Assembly (NCBI GenBank): GCA_902586925.1
Contig: CACIJE010000001.1
Span: 78,104 to 142,103, forward strand
Reading direction: 5' to 3'
DNA: 64,000 nt
Origin: an uncultured SAR86 cluster bacterium
GTDB lineage: Bacteria; Pseudomonadota; Gammaproteobacteria; Magnimaribacterales; D2472
Shown piece by piece: positions 28,214 to 38,995 of the stretch (within the stretch, counting starts at the first letter, position 1; the number at the start of each line of letters is the position of its first letter). A program made the translations under genes and the position numbers. The notes under the pieces were generated by a model. That model saw only the letters and a program-made list of their open reading frames with translations. It was not told the DNA's origin and did no database searches.

Positions 28214-28326
28214 CTTGTTACCTCTTCTTAGTAAGAATAAAGTAATGTCAGTTTATCATTTCTCTTCTTAGAAAGTTAAACATGTTTACACATTAAAATC
28301 GTAATAGGATTTAAAATGGAATTTTA

Positions 28327-28848
28327 TTAGTTAATGAACCAATCTGATTTATATCGTGATCTTGGATTATCTTTAAAGTAGAAGAATCCTTCTTCAGAAA
28401 GATGAAATTCTTTATAACAATTCAATTTTCTGCCAGCAAATTCACTCTCCGCAGATTTTACTACCATAAAAAAAAATGTTTCATATTCTGGAAAATCTTT
28501 AGTACTAAATGCAAACTCGTCCCCAGTACAGTTGTAAACTTCGTCACCCAGTGCTTTGAGAAAGGCAAATATTTTATTTTCACCTTCAACTAAATCAAAA
28601 ACTTGTACCTCTTGGTCACGCATATATCTTTCAGTTTCATTCACTCTCACAAAATGCCATAGTCCATCCTGAATGTTTGAAAAAACAAATACTTTTCCTT
28701 TTCTTAATTCAGAATCGTTTAATTGATCTAAAATTATTTGAGCATTGCCCTCTTTTTCAATATCACTCTGAATGAAAAGATTGTCATACTCCATCGAACT
28801 GCAAGAAAAAAAGAAGATTAAGATAGATAGAATGTATGTATATTTCAT
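28327..28848 (-). CDS. Hypothetical lipoprotein (paralogue B)
   Basis: Signal peptide with a lipobox-like FFFSC. Shares KGKVFVFSN, VQVFDL.EGEN, FPE.ETFFF and C..F motifs with the adjacent gene. Confidence 0.6.
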   Translation of the reverse strand: MKYTYILSILIFFFSCSSMEYDNLFIQSDIEKEGNAQIILDQLNDSELRKGKVFVFSNIQDGLWHFVRVNETERYMRDQEVQVFDLVEGENKIFAFLKALGDEVYNCTGDEFAFSTKDFPEYETFFFMVVKSAESEFAGRKLNCYKEFHLSEEGFFYFKDNPRSRYKSDWFIN

Positions 28849-28853
28849 AATAC

Positions 28854-29339
28854 TCAGAATATTAAACTGTTAATAAAACTTTTACTTAAGCCCTGCAAAA
28901 ATTCACTACCACCGTTTCTTGGGTTGTTTATTTGTTTAAGGAATGCCTTCTCATTTACTTCAAAATCTTTGAAGCATGTTAATGTTCGAATAGTGCTATC
29001 AAACCCTTGCTGAATTACAAAATAGTAAGTTTCCACCTCAGGAAACATTTCTGTATTAAAAGTGTATGGTTGCTTATCACAATTTCTCCCTAAGTTTTTG
29101 ACACTATTTTGCCCATCTTTCAAATCAAAAATTTGAGTTTCTGTATGTTTTATTTTTCGCACTTCTCCATTAACTCTAATATTCATTGAAATAGGATCCA
29201 TGTGGTTGGAAAAAACAAATATTTTTCCTTTTTTTAATTCAGGATCAAAAAGTTCTGGAATTACTTGTCTTTGGTCAACAACAGTAGTTGCGCATGATGA
29301 TATTAAAAAAAAGGTTAAGATTAATCTAACGATATTCAA
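28854..29339 (-). CDS. Hypothetical lipoprotein (paralogue A)
   Basis: Signal peptide with lipobox LISSC. Shares KGKIFVFSN, TQIFDLKDGQN and FPEVETYYF with the downstream gene. Confidence 0.6.
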   Translation of the reverse strand: MNIVRLILTFFLISSCATTVVDQRQVIPELFDPELKKGKIFVFSNHMDPISMNIRVNGEVRKIKHTETQIFDLKDGQNSVKNLGRNCDKQPYTFNTEMFPEVETYYFVIQQGFDSTIRTLTCFKDFEVNEKAFLKQINNPRNGGSEFLQGLSKSFINSLIF

Positions 29340-29448
29340 TTTAATTTCCTGTGAAAGTAATCTGTAAAGATTTTATATTATCGCAAAAAATTCTTATTAG
29401 AAAAATATTAATTTCATTAATAAAAAATATATAAAAAAATCTATATTT

Positions 29449-31017
29449 TTATTCCCACTCAATAGTCGCAGGTGGTTTACTTGAGATATCGTACACAACT
29501 CTACTGACTTCTTCTATCTCATTCACTATCCTATTTGATACATGCTCTAAAAATTTATAAGGAAGGTGAGCCCATCTCGCCGTCATAAAGTCTACAGTTT
29601 CAACTGCCCTTAATCCAATTACTTCAGCATATCTCCTCTCATCTCCAACAACACCAACTGACTTAACAGGCAATAAAACAGCAAATGCTTGACTTACTTT
29701 GTCATACAAATCAGCCTTAATTAGTTCTTCAATAAATATATGATCTGCTTCTTGAAGTATTAATGTTTTTTCTTTTGTTATCTCTCCAATAATTCTTACT
29801 CCTAAACCAGGTCCAGGAAAAGGATGCCTTTCAAGCATTTCTTTTGGAATTCCTAATTTAATGCCCATTCTTCTAACCTCGTCTTTAAAGAGATCTCTCA
29901 AGGGCTCTACAAGATCAAACTCCATCTCGTCAGGTAAGCCTCCGACATTATGATGAGACTTAATAACTCTTGCCTCATTTGATTCAGAGCCAGAAGACTC
30001 AATAACATCTGGATATATTGTCCCTTGTGCTAAAAACTTAATATCTTTCAATTTGATGGCCTCTGCATCAAAAACATCTATAAAGGTTCTTCCGATTACT
30101 TTTCTTTTTTGCTCAGGATCTTCAATATTCTCAAGATGTCTTAAGAAAATTTCCTGACTTTCTGATTTAATTACATTTAGTTTCATATTATCTTTAAAAG
30201 TTTGCATTACCTGATCGCCCTCGCCTTTTCTTAATAATCCATTATCAACAAAAACACATGTCAAATTATTTCCAATAGCTTTATAAAGAAGTACAGCTGT
30301 GACAGATGAGTCTACACCTCCAGACAATCCTAAAAGTACTTTATCCTCTTTAACCTTTTGTTTAATCTCTTCAATTCTTGAAGATATCAAGTCATCCATT
30401 TTCCAATGTGGTTCTGCATTACACGATTTAAAAATAAAATTTTCTAAGATTGATTGACCGTCTTCGGTGTGCGTTACTTCAGGATGAAATTGAATTGCAA
30501 AAATTGGTAATTTTTTATGTTGCATAGCAGCAATAGGAGCTGATGAAGTTGAAGCAATAAGGTCATAATCATCCGGTAAATCTTGTACCTGATCACCATG
30601 ACTCATCCATACATTAATCTTGTTATCTAAATCCTTAAAGAGAATAGACTCAGTTAAAATTTCTAATTCAGAATGACCGAACTCTTTTTGATCTGAAGAT
30701 ATAACATGTCCTCCCATTTGTTCTGCTAAAGTCTGCATCCCATAACAAATTCCCAGTATAGGAACATTTAAATCAAATACTATTTGTGGCGCTCTTGGTG
30801 TATAACTTTTTGTAACTGAGTTAGGTCCTCCAGACAGTATAATTCCTTTTGGATTCAGTTTTTTTATTTTTTCTTCATCAATATCCCATGGAAGGATTTC
30901 AGAGTAAACATCACTTTCTCTAACTCTTCTTGCAATTAATTGAGTATATTGAGATCCAAAATCTAGAACTAATATTGTGTCAATTATTTTATTGTTTACA
31001 GATAATTTGCTCATCAA
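29449..31017 (-). CDS. guaA: GMP synthase (glutamine-hydrolysing)
   Basis: GATase motif [12 protein letters not shown]-PPase P-loop SGGVDSS, and C-terminal PPATIEWE. Confidence 0.95.
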   Translation of the reverse strand: MMSKLSVNNKIIDTILVLDFGSQYTQLIARRVRESDVYSEILPWDIDEEKIKKLNPKGIILSGGPNSVTKSYTPRAPQIVFDLNVPILGICYGMQTLAEQMGGHVISSDQKEFGHSELEILTESILFKDLDNKINVWMSHGDQVQDLPDDYDLIASTSSAPIAAMQHKKLPIFAIQFHPEVTHTEDGQSILENFIFKSCNAEPHWKMDDLISSRIEEIKQKVKEDKVLLGLSGGVDSSVTAVLLYKAIGNNLTCVFVDNGLLRKGEGDQVMQTFKDNMKLNVIKSESQEIFLRHLENIEDPEQKRKVIGRTFIDVFDAEAIKLKDIKFLAQGTIYPDVIESSGSESNEARVIKSHHNVGGLPDEMEFDLVEPLRDLFKDEVRRMGIKLGIPKEMLERHPFPGPGLGVRIIGEITKEKTLILQEADHIFIEELIKADLYDKVSQAFAVLLPVKSVGVVGDERRYAEVIGLRAVETVDFMTARWAHLPYKFLEHVSNRIVNEIEEVSRVVYDISSKPPATIEWE

Positions 31018-31020
31018 TTA

Positions 31021-32484
31021 CTAGCTTCTTTGATAATTAGGAGCCTCTTTTGTAATCATCACATCATGAACATGACTTTCAGCCATACCAGCGTTGGTAA
31101 TTTCAATAAATTGACTATCTAATTGCATATTCTTAATAGTCTTACATCCTACATAACCCATGCTTTGCCTTAAGCCACCCTCAAGTTGATTTATAACGCT
31201 AATCACCAATCCTTTGTAGGGAACTCTTCCTTCAATGCCCTCTGGCACTAATTTATCAGATTGTATGTCTTCTTGAAGATACCTATTTGCATCATTTCTT
31301 TCAGTCATTGCTCCTATTGATCCCATTCCTCTGTAAGTTTTAAAGCTTCTTCCTTGAAATAGCTCAACTTTACCTGGTGCCTCCTCAGTTCCTGCAAATA
31401 AGCTACCAAGCATTACTGAATCTGCTCCTGCTGCTATTGCTTTTGCTATGTCGCCTGAAAATCTTACTCCACCGTCAGCGATAATATTTACATTACCTTT
31501 TTTTAGTACTTCTTTAATTTCCATAATCGCAGTTATTTGAGGTACTCCAATTCCTGCAATTATCCTTGTTGTACAAATAGATCCAGGTCCCATCCCAATC
31601 TTTACAGCGTCAACCCCAGCTTTTTCTAATTCTAATGCAGCATCTGCAGTAGCTATATTTCCACCAATGATTTCGACATCTTTAAAAGTATTTTTAAGGC
31701 TTTTAATTGTATCAATAACATTTTTAGAGTGGCCATGAGCACTATCAACCACAAAAACATCTACACCAGCTTCAGATAGAGCTTCAGCCCTCTCCATAGT
31801 ATTCTTTTCTGTTCCAATAGCTGCAGCAACTCTAAGCCTACCAGAACTATCTTTTGTAGCGTCTGGATGTTGAGCAGATTTTTCAATATCTTTCATTGTT
31901 ACAAGGCCAGATAAGTCCTGATTTTTATCAAGAACTAATACTTTTTCGATTCTATTGTTATACATTAATTGCATAACATCTTCTTGTGAAAAACCTTCAT
32001 TAACGGTGACTAGCTTATCAAATGGGGTCATTATTGAAGAAACATCAGCATCCATATTTTCTGCATATCTAAAATCTCTACCTGTTACAATACCTTTTAA
32101 TTTCCCATCATCCACAACAGGCATTCCTGAGATACTCAACTTACTTGTAAGATTTTTTAACTCTTCTATTGAGTTTTTTGAGCTTATAGTTACTGGATCT
32201 CTAACAATACCACTCTCATATTTTTTTACTGCTTTTACTTCAATAGCTTGGTCTTCTATCGAGTTATTTTTATGAATAACGCCAATACCTCCTGCTTCTG
32301 CAAGTGAAATTGCCATCTTTGATTCAGTTACAGTATCCATTGCAGCTGATAGCAATGGCATTTTTAAAACAATATTATTGGTAAGTTTTGATGATATATC
32401 TACTTCGCTTGGAAGAAAGTCACTGTAACGTGGTAGCAGCAATACGTCATCGAATGTTAACGCTTTGTGTTTTAATTTTTCCAT
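31021..32484 (-). CDS. guaB: IMP dehydrogenase
   Basis: Catalytic loop [12 protein letters not shown], a CBS pair region, and the GGIGVIH motif. Confidence 0.95.
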   Translation of the reverse strand: MEKLKHKALTFDDVLLLPRYSDFLPSEVDISSKLTNNIVLKMPLLSAAMDTVTESKMAISLAEAGGIGVIHKNNSIEDQAIEVKAVKKYESGIVRDPVTISSKNSIEELKNLTSKLSISGMPVVDDGKLKGIVTGRDFRYAENMDADVSSIMTPFDKLVTVNEGFSQEDVMQLMYNNRIEKVLVLDKNQDLSGLVTMKDIEKSAQHPDATKDSSGRLRVAAAIGTEKNTMERAEALSEAGVDVFVVDSAHGHSKNVIDTIKSLKNTFKDVEIIGGNIATADAALELEKAGVDAVKIGMGPGSICTTRIIAGIGVPQITAIMEIKEVLKKGNVNIIADGGVRFSGDIAKAIAAGADSVMLGSLFAGTEEAPGKVELFQGRSFKTYRGMGSIGAMTERNDANRYLQEDIQSDKLVPEGIEGRVPYKGLVISVINQLEGGLRQSMGYVGCKTIKNMQLDSQFIEITNAGMAESHVHDVMITKEAPNYQRS

Positions 32485-32532
32485 GAGAGATTATAACTAA
32501 ACCAAATAAGAAAAAAAAGGTTGGTTAGTTAT

Positions 32533-33093
32533 CTATATGGCTTTTATTTTTGATATCAATTCTTTAAGTTCAGGTTTATTGTTTTCTATTTCTTCAATAG
32601 TCAGTCCGTCGATTTCATGAGGAAATACCAACCATTTATCAGTTTCATAAAGATAATAGTCAGGCTTTTGATCTGTCTTATTTTTGCATGGTTTAAAGTA
32701 AGGAGTGGCTATCTTGATTTCAGGTGTATTTTTCTTACATGCATTTTTCAAATCCGATGTTATTTGTTGAATTGAATGACCGGTATCATGAACATCATCA
32801 ACAATTAATAGTCTATCCTCAGACTCAAGCTTTCTAATTACGTAATTTAATCCATAAACCTGAACTGTTTCACCTTTCTGGTCTATTCCAGAATAATAGG
32901 ACGTTCTAATAGCAACATGATCTGATTTTATGCCTAAGAAACTTAAAAATTCTTGAACAGCAATTCCAATAGGTGCGCCACCTCTCCAAACACCAATTAT
33001 ATAGTTAGGTTGGAAGCCGCTTTCATATATATTCCAAGCTAGCTGAAATGAGTCTTTTAAAAGATCATCTGAATTTATGAATAGTTTATCCAT
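32533..33093 (-). CDS. Purine phosphoribosyltransferase, Gpt-like (xanthine/guanine type)
   Basis: IIGVWRGGAPIG and the PRPP loop LLIVDDVHDTGHS. The architecture resembles Gpt. Sits next to guaB. Confidence 0.65.
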   Translation of the reverse strand: MDKLFINSDDLLKDSFQLAWNIYESGFQPNYIIGVWRGGAPIGIAVQEFLSFLGIKSDHVAIRTSYYSGIDQKGETVQVYGLNYVIRKLESEDRLLIVDDVHDTGHSIQQITSDLKNACKKNTPEIKIATPYFKPCKNKTDQKPDYYLYETDKWLVFPHEIDGLTIEEIENNKPELKELISKIKAI

Positions 33094-33148
33094 TAATAAT
33101 GTAATTAAGTTGATTAATAACTGAAATTATAACTTTATGTAAACAATA

Positions 33149-35494
33149 TCAGAAATCGTAGCTTAATCTTGTCATAAACTGCCTTGGAGGTATAAATTCA
33201 AGTCCTGTTGCAGCCACTCCAAAAACATCAGTCATGGATGAGTTCATCCCATCCTCATCTCCTGCATTAAGTAACATAAAATCAATACCAAAATTATTAT
33301 TGAAATCTAATCCTACAGTTAAATTAAATACTTGATATCCTGGAACAATATCCACTGCAGGATTATTGGAAACACGCTGCATAAATTCAGATCTTTTAAT
33401 GAACTGGAAAATAGTTGTAAGAGTGTTGCCAGAGGACAAAACTGTTTCGTATGTTAATGAGACATCTGCAGTAAAATCTGGAGTTTTTGCTAGCTCGTTT
33501 CCTTTTACATTTTCTCTTAAGCTATAACGAATATCTTCTTGATCAAAAAAGTATCCAAATGCTATAACATTATCTAAAACTTCGTAATCAGATGAAACTT
33601 CAGAATCTATAGATGCTATGTTCATATCAAAAGTGAGGTTGTCTGATATTAAGGCTGTAAATTCTAATTCAACACCTGACATTTCAGATTCTGGTATGTT
33701 CGCAACACCACCTCTATAAATATCTGGATCAGTAGCCTGAAATTGAAGATTTTCGTAATCATATGAAAAAACTGCAACATTTGCTCTTGCCTTACCATCA
33801 TTAAAATCAGTTTTAATACCAAACTCCATAGATTCTACAGTTTCTGGCTCAAAAGTTTGAAAGACCATTGGAGTTACTACAGGTGAAGTAGGCCTAAAAT
33901 TAGCGTCAAGTTCTTCTCTAGTGCTAAAGCCATATGTTAAATTTGTTCCTCCAGGCTTATATCCTGAAGTAAAAGAACCGTAAATCATAGTATCGTCATT
34001 AATATCCATCTCTAAAGCAATTCTGCCAGACGTTTCATCTGAACTACTTTTGAGGTTATCACATGTTGTAAAGAAAAAGTTTTTAACACATGCTGTAACT
34101 TCATCTTCTGTATATCTTAGACCTGAAATTAGTCTAGTTTTCTCTGATATGCTATAAGTTGTCTCACCAAAAATTGAAACTGATTCTCTATTAGGAAATG
34201 CGTCAGTTACAAAATCAAATTCAGCGGCAAATGGATTACCACCAACAGTGAAACAATAATCACTTCTAGCAAACGGTTCACTACATTCATATTGAATTTC
34301 ACCATTTTGATCATTATCTACATATCCTCTGATATGGTTTTCAATTTTATGATCTAAAAAGAAAACACCGACCGTCCAATCAAGCTTTCCTCCAAGTGCA
34401 GGTTCATTTGAAACTAGATTGATCTCAAAAGTTGTAGTCTCAACAAGTGATGTTTCAGGTCGAAATTCTGCCATTGGATAATATGGAGGAGTATAAATAT
34501 AAGGCAGAGAAGGAATTGACTGAACAATTTGATCTTGATAATTATGTCTATCGTTATCTCTATCCACAAGAATGTCATCCTCTTGAGTACTGGCTAATAT
34601 TTTCAGATTTGCATAACCTAAATCTGATTCATATATAGCAGCAAAAACTTTTGAAGTTAATTTTTGTTTTGAAAGTGTGTCTTGCGATAATTTTCTTTCA
34701 TCAGCTGTTAAATCATCTATACCTTTCATGGCAGCACCATTTCGATCAACATCATAAAATTGTCCAAATATCCTTAATGATGATGATTCAGACAAATTAA
34801 AAATCCAATCACTTCTAATACTGATATTAGAGGCATCATCTAAATCTTGACCATTAACTATATTTTCTGTGAATCCGTCTCTTTCAATAGAAGATAATGA
34901 AAATTTTGTTGCAACAGTTTCTGATATAGGAAAGTTAGTAGTTGTCGATGCTTTTTTAAGATTGTAGTCACCAACAGTGAGAGAGGCTTTTGTATAGAAA
35001 TCAGATGTAGAGGGTACTTTACTTATGACATTGATTGCTCCACCTGTAGCATTTTGACCAAAAAGAGTACCTTGAGGGCCTCTGGCCACCTCAATACGTT
35101 CAACATCAACAAAATCAGATTGCAATGAGAATGGAGAAGCTATGAAAATTCCATCAAGATGATATGCAACTGATGGGGCTGCAATTGCATTTTGATTGGT
35201 TTCGTTACCAACACCTCTGATTGAAATTACTGTTTTATAGCCCTCATTTTTAGCAACTGTTACGCCAGGCACTATAGCAGTTAAATCTACAAACGATGTA
35301 ATGTTTTTGTCTTCCAGTTCTGTTTCAGTAATGGCTGTAATAGCTTGTGAAACGGTTTGAAGGCTTTCATCTCTTTTTTCAGCAGTAACAATTATGTCTT
35401 CAATTACTTGATCTTGAGAATTAATGTTTAAGTTAAATAAAAAACCAATGGTTAAAAGTGTTAAATTAAGTATGTTTATTTTTCGTAAATTCAT
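33149..35494 (-). CDS. TonB-dependent outer-membrane receptor
   Basis: Signal peptide and a plug domain (IIVTAEKRDESLQ, IEVARGPQGTLFGQNATGGAINV). Long beta-barrel ending in the terminal aromatic RLSYDF. I prefer the ATG at 35494 to the TTG at 35512. Confidence 0.9.
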   Translation of the reverse strand: MNLRKINILNLTLLTIGFLFNLNINSQDQVIEDIIVTAEKRDESLQTVSQAITAITETELEDKNITSFVDLTAIVPGVTVAKNEGYKTVISIRGVGNETNQNAIAAPSVAYHLDGIFIASPFSLQSDFVDVERIEVARGPQGTLFGQNATGGAINVISKVPSTSDFYTKASLTVGDYNLKKASTTTNFPISETVATKFSLSSIERDGFTENIVNGQDLDDASNISIRSDWIFNLSESSSLRIFGQFYDVDRNGAAMKGIDDLTADERKLSQDTLSKQKLTSKVFAAIYESDLGYANLKILASTQEDDILVDRDNDRHNYQDQIVQSIPSLPYIYTPPYYPMAEFRPETSLVETTTFEINLVSNEPALGGKLDWTVGVFFLDHKIENHIRGYVDNDQNGEIQYECSEPFARSDYCFTVGGNPFAAEFDFVTDAFPNRESVSIFGETTYSISEKTRLISGLRYTEDEVTACVKNFFFTTCDNLKSSSDETSGRIALEMDINDDTMIYGSFTSGYKPGGTNLTYGFSTREELDANFRPTSPVVTPMVFQTFEPETVESMEFGIKTDFNDGKARANVAVFSYDYENLQFQATDPDIYRGGVANIPESEMSGVELEFTALISDNLTFDMNIASIDSEVSSDYEVLDNVIAFGYFFDQEDIRYSLRENVKGNELAKTPDFTADVSLTYETVLSSGNTLTTIFQFIKRSEFMQRVSNNPAVDIVPGYQVFNLTVGLDFNNNFGIDFMLLNAGDEDGMNSSMTDVFGVAATGLEFIPPRQFMTRLSYDF

Positions 35495-35657
35495 GTTTAG
35501 ATCCCCATCCAAAAAAATATCTTATTTATATATATTTATGCAATATGCATGCCGAATAATCAGTTTTCATTATATATGTTTTTTTAAATCAATTATTAAA
35601 TTACTAATAAAAAAACTTTATTCTTTTAAAACGCTAATAGTCTGATACATTATTCTT

Positions 35658-36956
35658 ATGAAACAAATTTTAGATCAATTCTTCAAGCTAACAGAAAATA
35701 AAACTTCTATTAAGAAAGAGTTTATTGCGGGTTTTACAACATTTATAACTATGGCGTATATTATTTTTGTTAATCCTCAAATAATGGCTCAAAGTGGAAT
35801 GGATCAAGGTGCTATATTTGTTGGAACTTGTGTTGCTGCTTCAGTTGCCTGCATATTTATGGGCATTTATGCAAATTGGCCCATTGGACTTGCACCAGGA
35901 ATGGGCTTAAATGCTTTTTTTACCTATACAGTTGTAGGTGAAATGGGTTATTCATGGGAAACAGCTTTAGGTGCAGTTTTTTTGGCAGGAATTCTTTTTT
36001 TTATAATTAGCGTTACTAATCTTCGAAGATGGATGATTGACAGTATTCCTATGAATCTTCGAGTTGCTATTGGTTCCGGAGTTGGACTATTTATTGGGTT
36101 TATAGGACTCAAAAGTGGTGGAATAATTTTAAATAATGATGTTACGTACTTAAGCTTAGGTGACTTTTCAAAATATCAAACAATATTGGCAGCATTGGGT
36201 TTTTTGATCATCTCGGTATTGGCAGTTAGAAAAATTAATGGTGCTATTATTATAGGAGTTTTAATAGTTACTCTAATATCCCTTTTAATTGGGTTAGTCG
36301 AATACAATGGTTTATTGGCTTATCCTCCAAATATTTATCCAACCTTTATGAAACTAGACATAGTGGGTGCTTTAGATGTTGCAATGATAAGTGTAATTAT
36401 GTCTTTTTTATTTGTTAATCTATTTGATACAACCGGAACTCTTCTCGGCGTTGCTTCAAGAGCAAATTTAATTGACGATAATGGAAATGCAAAAAATTTA
36501 AATAAAGCCTTAGCCGTTGACAGTAGTTCTAGTATTTTTGGTACTTTTTTTGGATGTTCTCCTGTTACAAGTTACATAGAAAGCTCAGCTGGAGTTGAGT
36601 CGGGGGGAAAAACAGGTATGGTTTCTGTGGTTGTTGGATTATTTTTTATTTTAGCAATTTTCTTATCGCCTCTTGCTGCCATGGTGCCACCATATGCAAC
36701 TTCAGGTGCTCTGATTTACGTAGCAGTTTTAATGTTAAGTAGTATGGAGAAGTTAAATTGGAAAAGCTCAATAGATATACTTCCTGCATTAATTATCATC
36801 GTGATGATTCCTTTCACATTTTCAATTGCTGATGGAATAGCGCTAGGTTTTTTGACCTATGTCGTTTTAAAAGTAGGATCAGGAAAAATTAGAGAAATTT
36901 CATCTGGAGCTTGGTTTCTAACTTTTATATTTTTATCTAAATTTATTTTTTTATAA
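35658..36956 (+). CDS. NCS2-family purine permease (AzgA/PbuG-type adenine/guanine/hypoxanthine transporter)
   Basis: 432 aa, about 12 transmembrane helices, with FKLTENKTSIKKEFIAGFTTFITMAYIIFVNP at the N-terminus, typical of this family. Confidence 0.85.
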   Translation: MKQILDQFFKLTENKTSIKKEFIAGFTTFITMAYIIFVNPQIMAQSGMDQGAIFVGTCVAASVACIFMGIYANWPIGLAPGMGLNAFFTYTVVGEMGYSWETALGAVFLAGILFFIISVTNLRRWMIDSIPMNLRVAIGSGVGLFIGFIGLKSGGIILNNDVTYLSLGDFSKYQTILAALGFLIISVLAVRKINGAIIIGVLIVTLISLLIGLVEYNGLLAYPPNIYPTFMKLDIVGALDVAMISVIMSFLFVNLFDTTGTLLGVASRANLIDDNGNAKNLNKALAVDSSSSIFGTFFGCSPVTSYIESSAGVESGGKTGMVSVVVGLFFILAIFLSPLAAMVPPYATSGALIYVAVLMLSSMEKLNWKSSIDILPALIIIVMIPFTFSIADGIALGFLTYVVLKVGSGKIREISSGAWFLTFIFLSKFIFL

Positions 36957-37178
36957 GATAAGACCAAAGATGTAGATTATTGTTAACCCTGCATTGAGAA
37001 AGATTAGAGTTTGCTCCTTCCACAATACTCCAACAATAACCCAAAGAGTATTTGCAGAGATGAATGCCCAATGATGATATTCAAGCTCAGGAACAAAGCT
37101 AGCTAAGATTGCCGCTACTATTAAAATTCCAGTTGCTATCCAAGCAATAAATTGAAATGGTTTTTCGTTTTGTTCCAT
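36951..37178 (-). CDS. Small three-helix membrane protein (hypothetical)
   Basis: 75 aa counted from the ATG at 37178; the track's earlier start would overlap the PCD gene. Three hydrophobic helices. No family recognised. Confidence 0.4.
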   Translation of the reverse strand: MEQNEKPFQFIAWIATGILIVAAILASFVPELEYHHWAFISANTLWVIVGVLWKEQTLIFLNAGLTIIYIFGLIL

Positions 37179-37191
37179 AAAAAGGAATAGT

Positions 37192-37542
37192 TTATGATTT
37201 TGAGTTAAACAATTTATCTGTTTTTGCAGCACAAATAAAATCATTCATGTGAAGTCCTTTTATCTTATGCGACCACCAAAAAACAGTTACCTTGCCCCAT
37301 TCTAAAATAATCTCAGGATGATGATCCTCCTCTTCTGCTAGCTGTGCAATCTTATTAGTAAATTCAACTGATTGTTCATAATCAATGAATGCAAATGAAC
37401 ACATTAACCTTTTTACTCCCTCATCATCGATAACTGACCAACTTGGAATTTTTGGCAAAAGTTCTTTAATTTCAGATTCTAATAAAAGTGGTGCATCAAT
37501 TCTGCATGCCTCACACTTACCTTCAGATAAATTTTTAATCAT
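37192..37542 (-). CDS. Pterin-4-alpha-carbinolamine dehydratase
   Basis: PCD/DCoH signature EEEDHHPEI. 116 aa. Confidence 0.85.
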   Translation of the reverse strand: MIKNLSEGKCEACRIDAPLLLESEIKELLPKIPSWSVIDDEGVKRLMCSFAFIDYEQSVEFTNKIAQLAEEEDHHPEIILEWGKVTVFWWSHKIKGLHMNDFICAAKTDKLFNSKS

Positions 37543-37544
37543 AA

Positions 37545-38936
37545 TTATTTTCTACTTTTAGCTAACGTTTCTGGGTTAAGTAGCTTTTCTAATCTAGATC
37601 TAGGTAAATCTACTTCCTCTGATGCAACATCAATAATAGGTCTATTTTCTTTATAAGCTTTTTTCGCGATAAGTGCAGCTTTTTCATAGCCTATAATAGG
37701 ATTTAACGCAGTAACAAGTATTGGATTTTTAGATAATGCTATTTCTAGATTTTTATTGTTAACTTTAAAGGTTTTAATTGCTTTTTTGGACAAAGCATTA
37801 ATTGATCCCGATAAAAGATTTATGCTTTTTAATAAGTTATATGCAATTAAAGGTAACATAACATTTAATTGGAAGCTCCCTGATTGTGCTGCTACTGTTA
37901 TTGTCACATCATTACCAATTACATCTGCAGATGCCATTGCAACTGCCTCTGGGATTACTGGATTTACTTTACCGGGCATAATGCTGCTACCAGGTTGAAG
38001 TGCTTGAAGCTCGATTTCAGATAAGCCTGTCAATGGGCCACTATTCATCCATCTAAGATCATTAGAAATTTTCATCAAAACTACTGCAAGATTTTTCAAC
38101 TCTCCTGATAATTGAACTGAAGAATCTTGAGAGCTTAACTCATGATAAAAATTTTTACTGGGTACAAATTTGTATTTTCCTTTGAAAAGTTTTGAAATTT
38201 CTTCTGAGAAGAATTTAGAAAATTTTTTATGAGCATTAATCCCACTTCCAACAGCTGTGCCACCTTGAGGTAGCTCAAGCAGTTTTTTTTCTAAGGTTAA
38301 TAATGTCTCTTTTGAGGTAGAGAGTTGGCTTGACCATGCTGTGAGCTCTTCTGAAAAATCAATTGGCATTGCATCCATCAAATGAGTTCTGCCAGTTTTT
38401 ATTGTACCTTCTATTTTTTTTGCTTTTGTATCAATTTCATCAATTAAGCTATTTAACGCAGGCAAAAGTTTTTTGGTTAAATCCATATGTGCGCTAATTT
38501 TAATTGCCGTAGGAATTACATCATTACTACTTTGGCACATATTTACATCATCGTTTGGACTTACCTTTTCTTTTAGATTTTTTGAAGCAAGATTTGCAAT
38601 TACTTCATTTGCATTCATGTTAGAACTTGTTCCAGATCCAGTTTGGAAAACATCAATTGGGAATTGATCATGATGTTTTTCTTGCCATACTTCCTTAGCT
38701 GCTTTAGATATAGCCCTTGCTTTTTTATTAGATAGTAATTTTAGTCTTAAATTTGACTTTGCAGCAGCATCTTTTATAAACCCCAAAGCAGAAACGAAAG
38801 ATTTTGTAAAAGGGAAATCCATTTTTATACCACTGATTGGAAAATTATTAACAGCTCTTTGTGTTTGTGCACCCCAAAGGGCTTTAGCAGGAACCTTAAC
38901 TTCTCCTAAACTATCTTTTTCTATTCTATATTTCAT
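37545..38936 (-). CDS. fumC: Fumarate hydratase, class II
   Basis: Signature GSSIMPGKVNP. N-terminus MKYRIEKDSLGEVKVPAKALWGAQTQRA. Confidence 0.95.
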   Translation of the reverse strand: MKYRIEKDSLGEVKVPAKALWGAQTQRAVNNFPISGIKMDFPFTKSFVSALGFIKDAAAKSNLRLKLLSNKKARAISKAAKEVWQEKHHDQFPIDVFQTGSGTSSNMNANEVIANLASKNLKEKVSPNDDVNMCQSSNDVIPTAIKISAHMDLTKKLLPALNSLIDEIDTKAKKIEGTIKTGRTHLMDAMPIDFSEELTAWSSQLSTSKETLLTLEKKLLELPQGGTAVGSGINAHKKFSKFFSEEISKLFKGKYKFVPSKNFYHELSSQDSSVQLSGELKNLAVVLMKISNDLRWMNSGPLTGLSEIELQALQPGSSIMPGKVNPVIPEAVAMASADVIGNDVTITVAAQSGSFQLNVMLPLIAYNLLKSINLLSGSINALSKKAIKTFKVNNKNLEIALSKNPILVTALNPIIGYEKAALIAKKAYKENRPIIDVASEEVDLPRSRLEKLLNPETLAKSRK

Positions 38937-38995
38937 ATTTGTTTATTAATTTGATAAGCTATTTTAACATTAAAGAGCATTGGAGAATAAAAACT

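Noticed and set aside
35495-35657. Searched the divergent region upstream of the purine permease and the TonB-dependent receptor for a purine or guanine riboswitch.
   Set aside because: I could not find the conserved three-way-junction core or complementary P1 arms. The region is simple AT-rich sequence.
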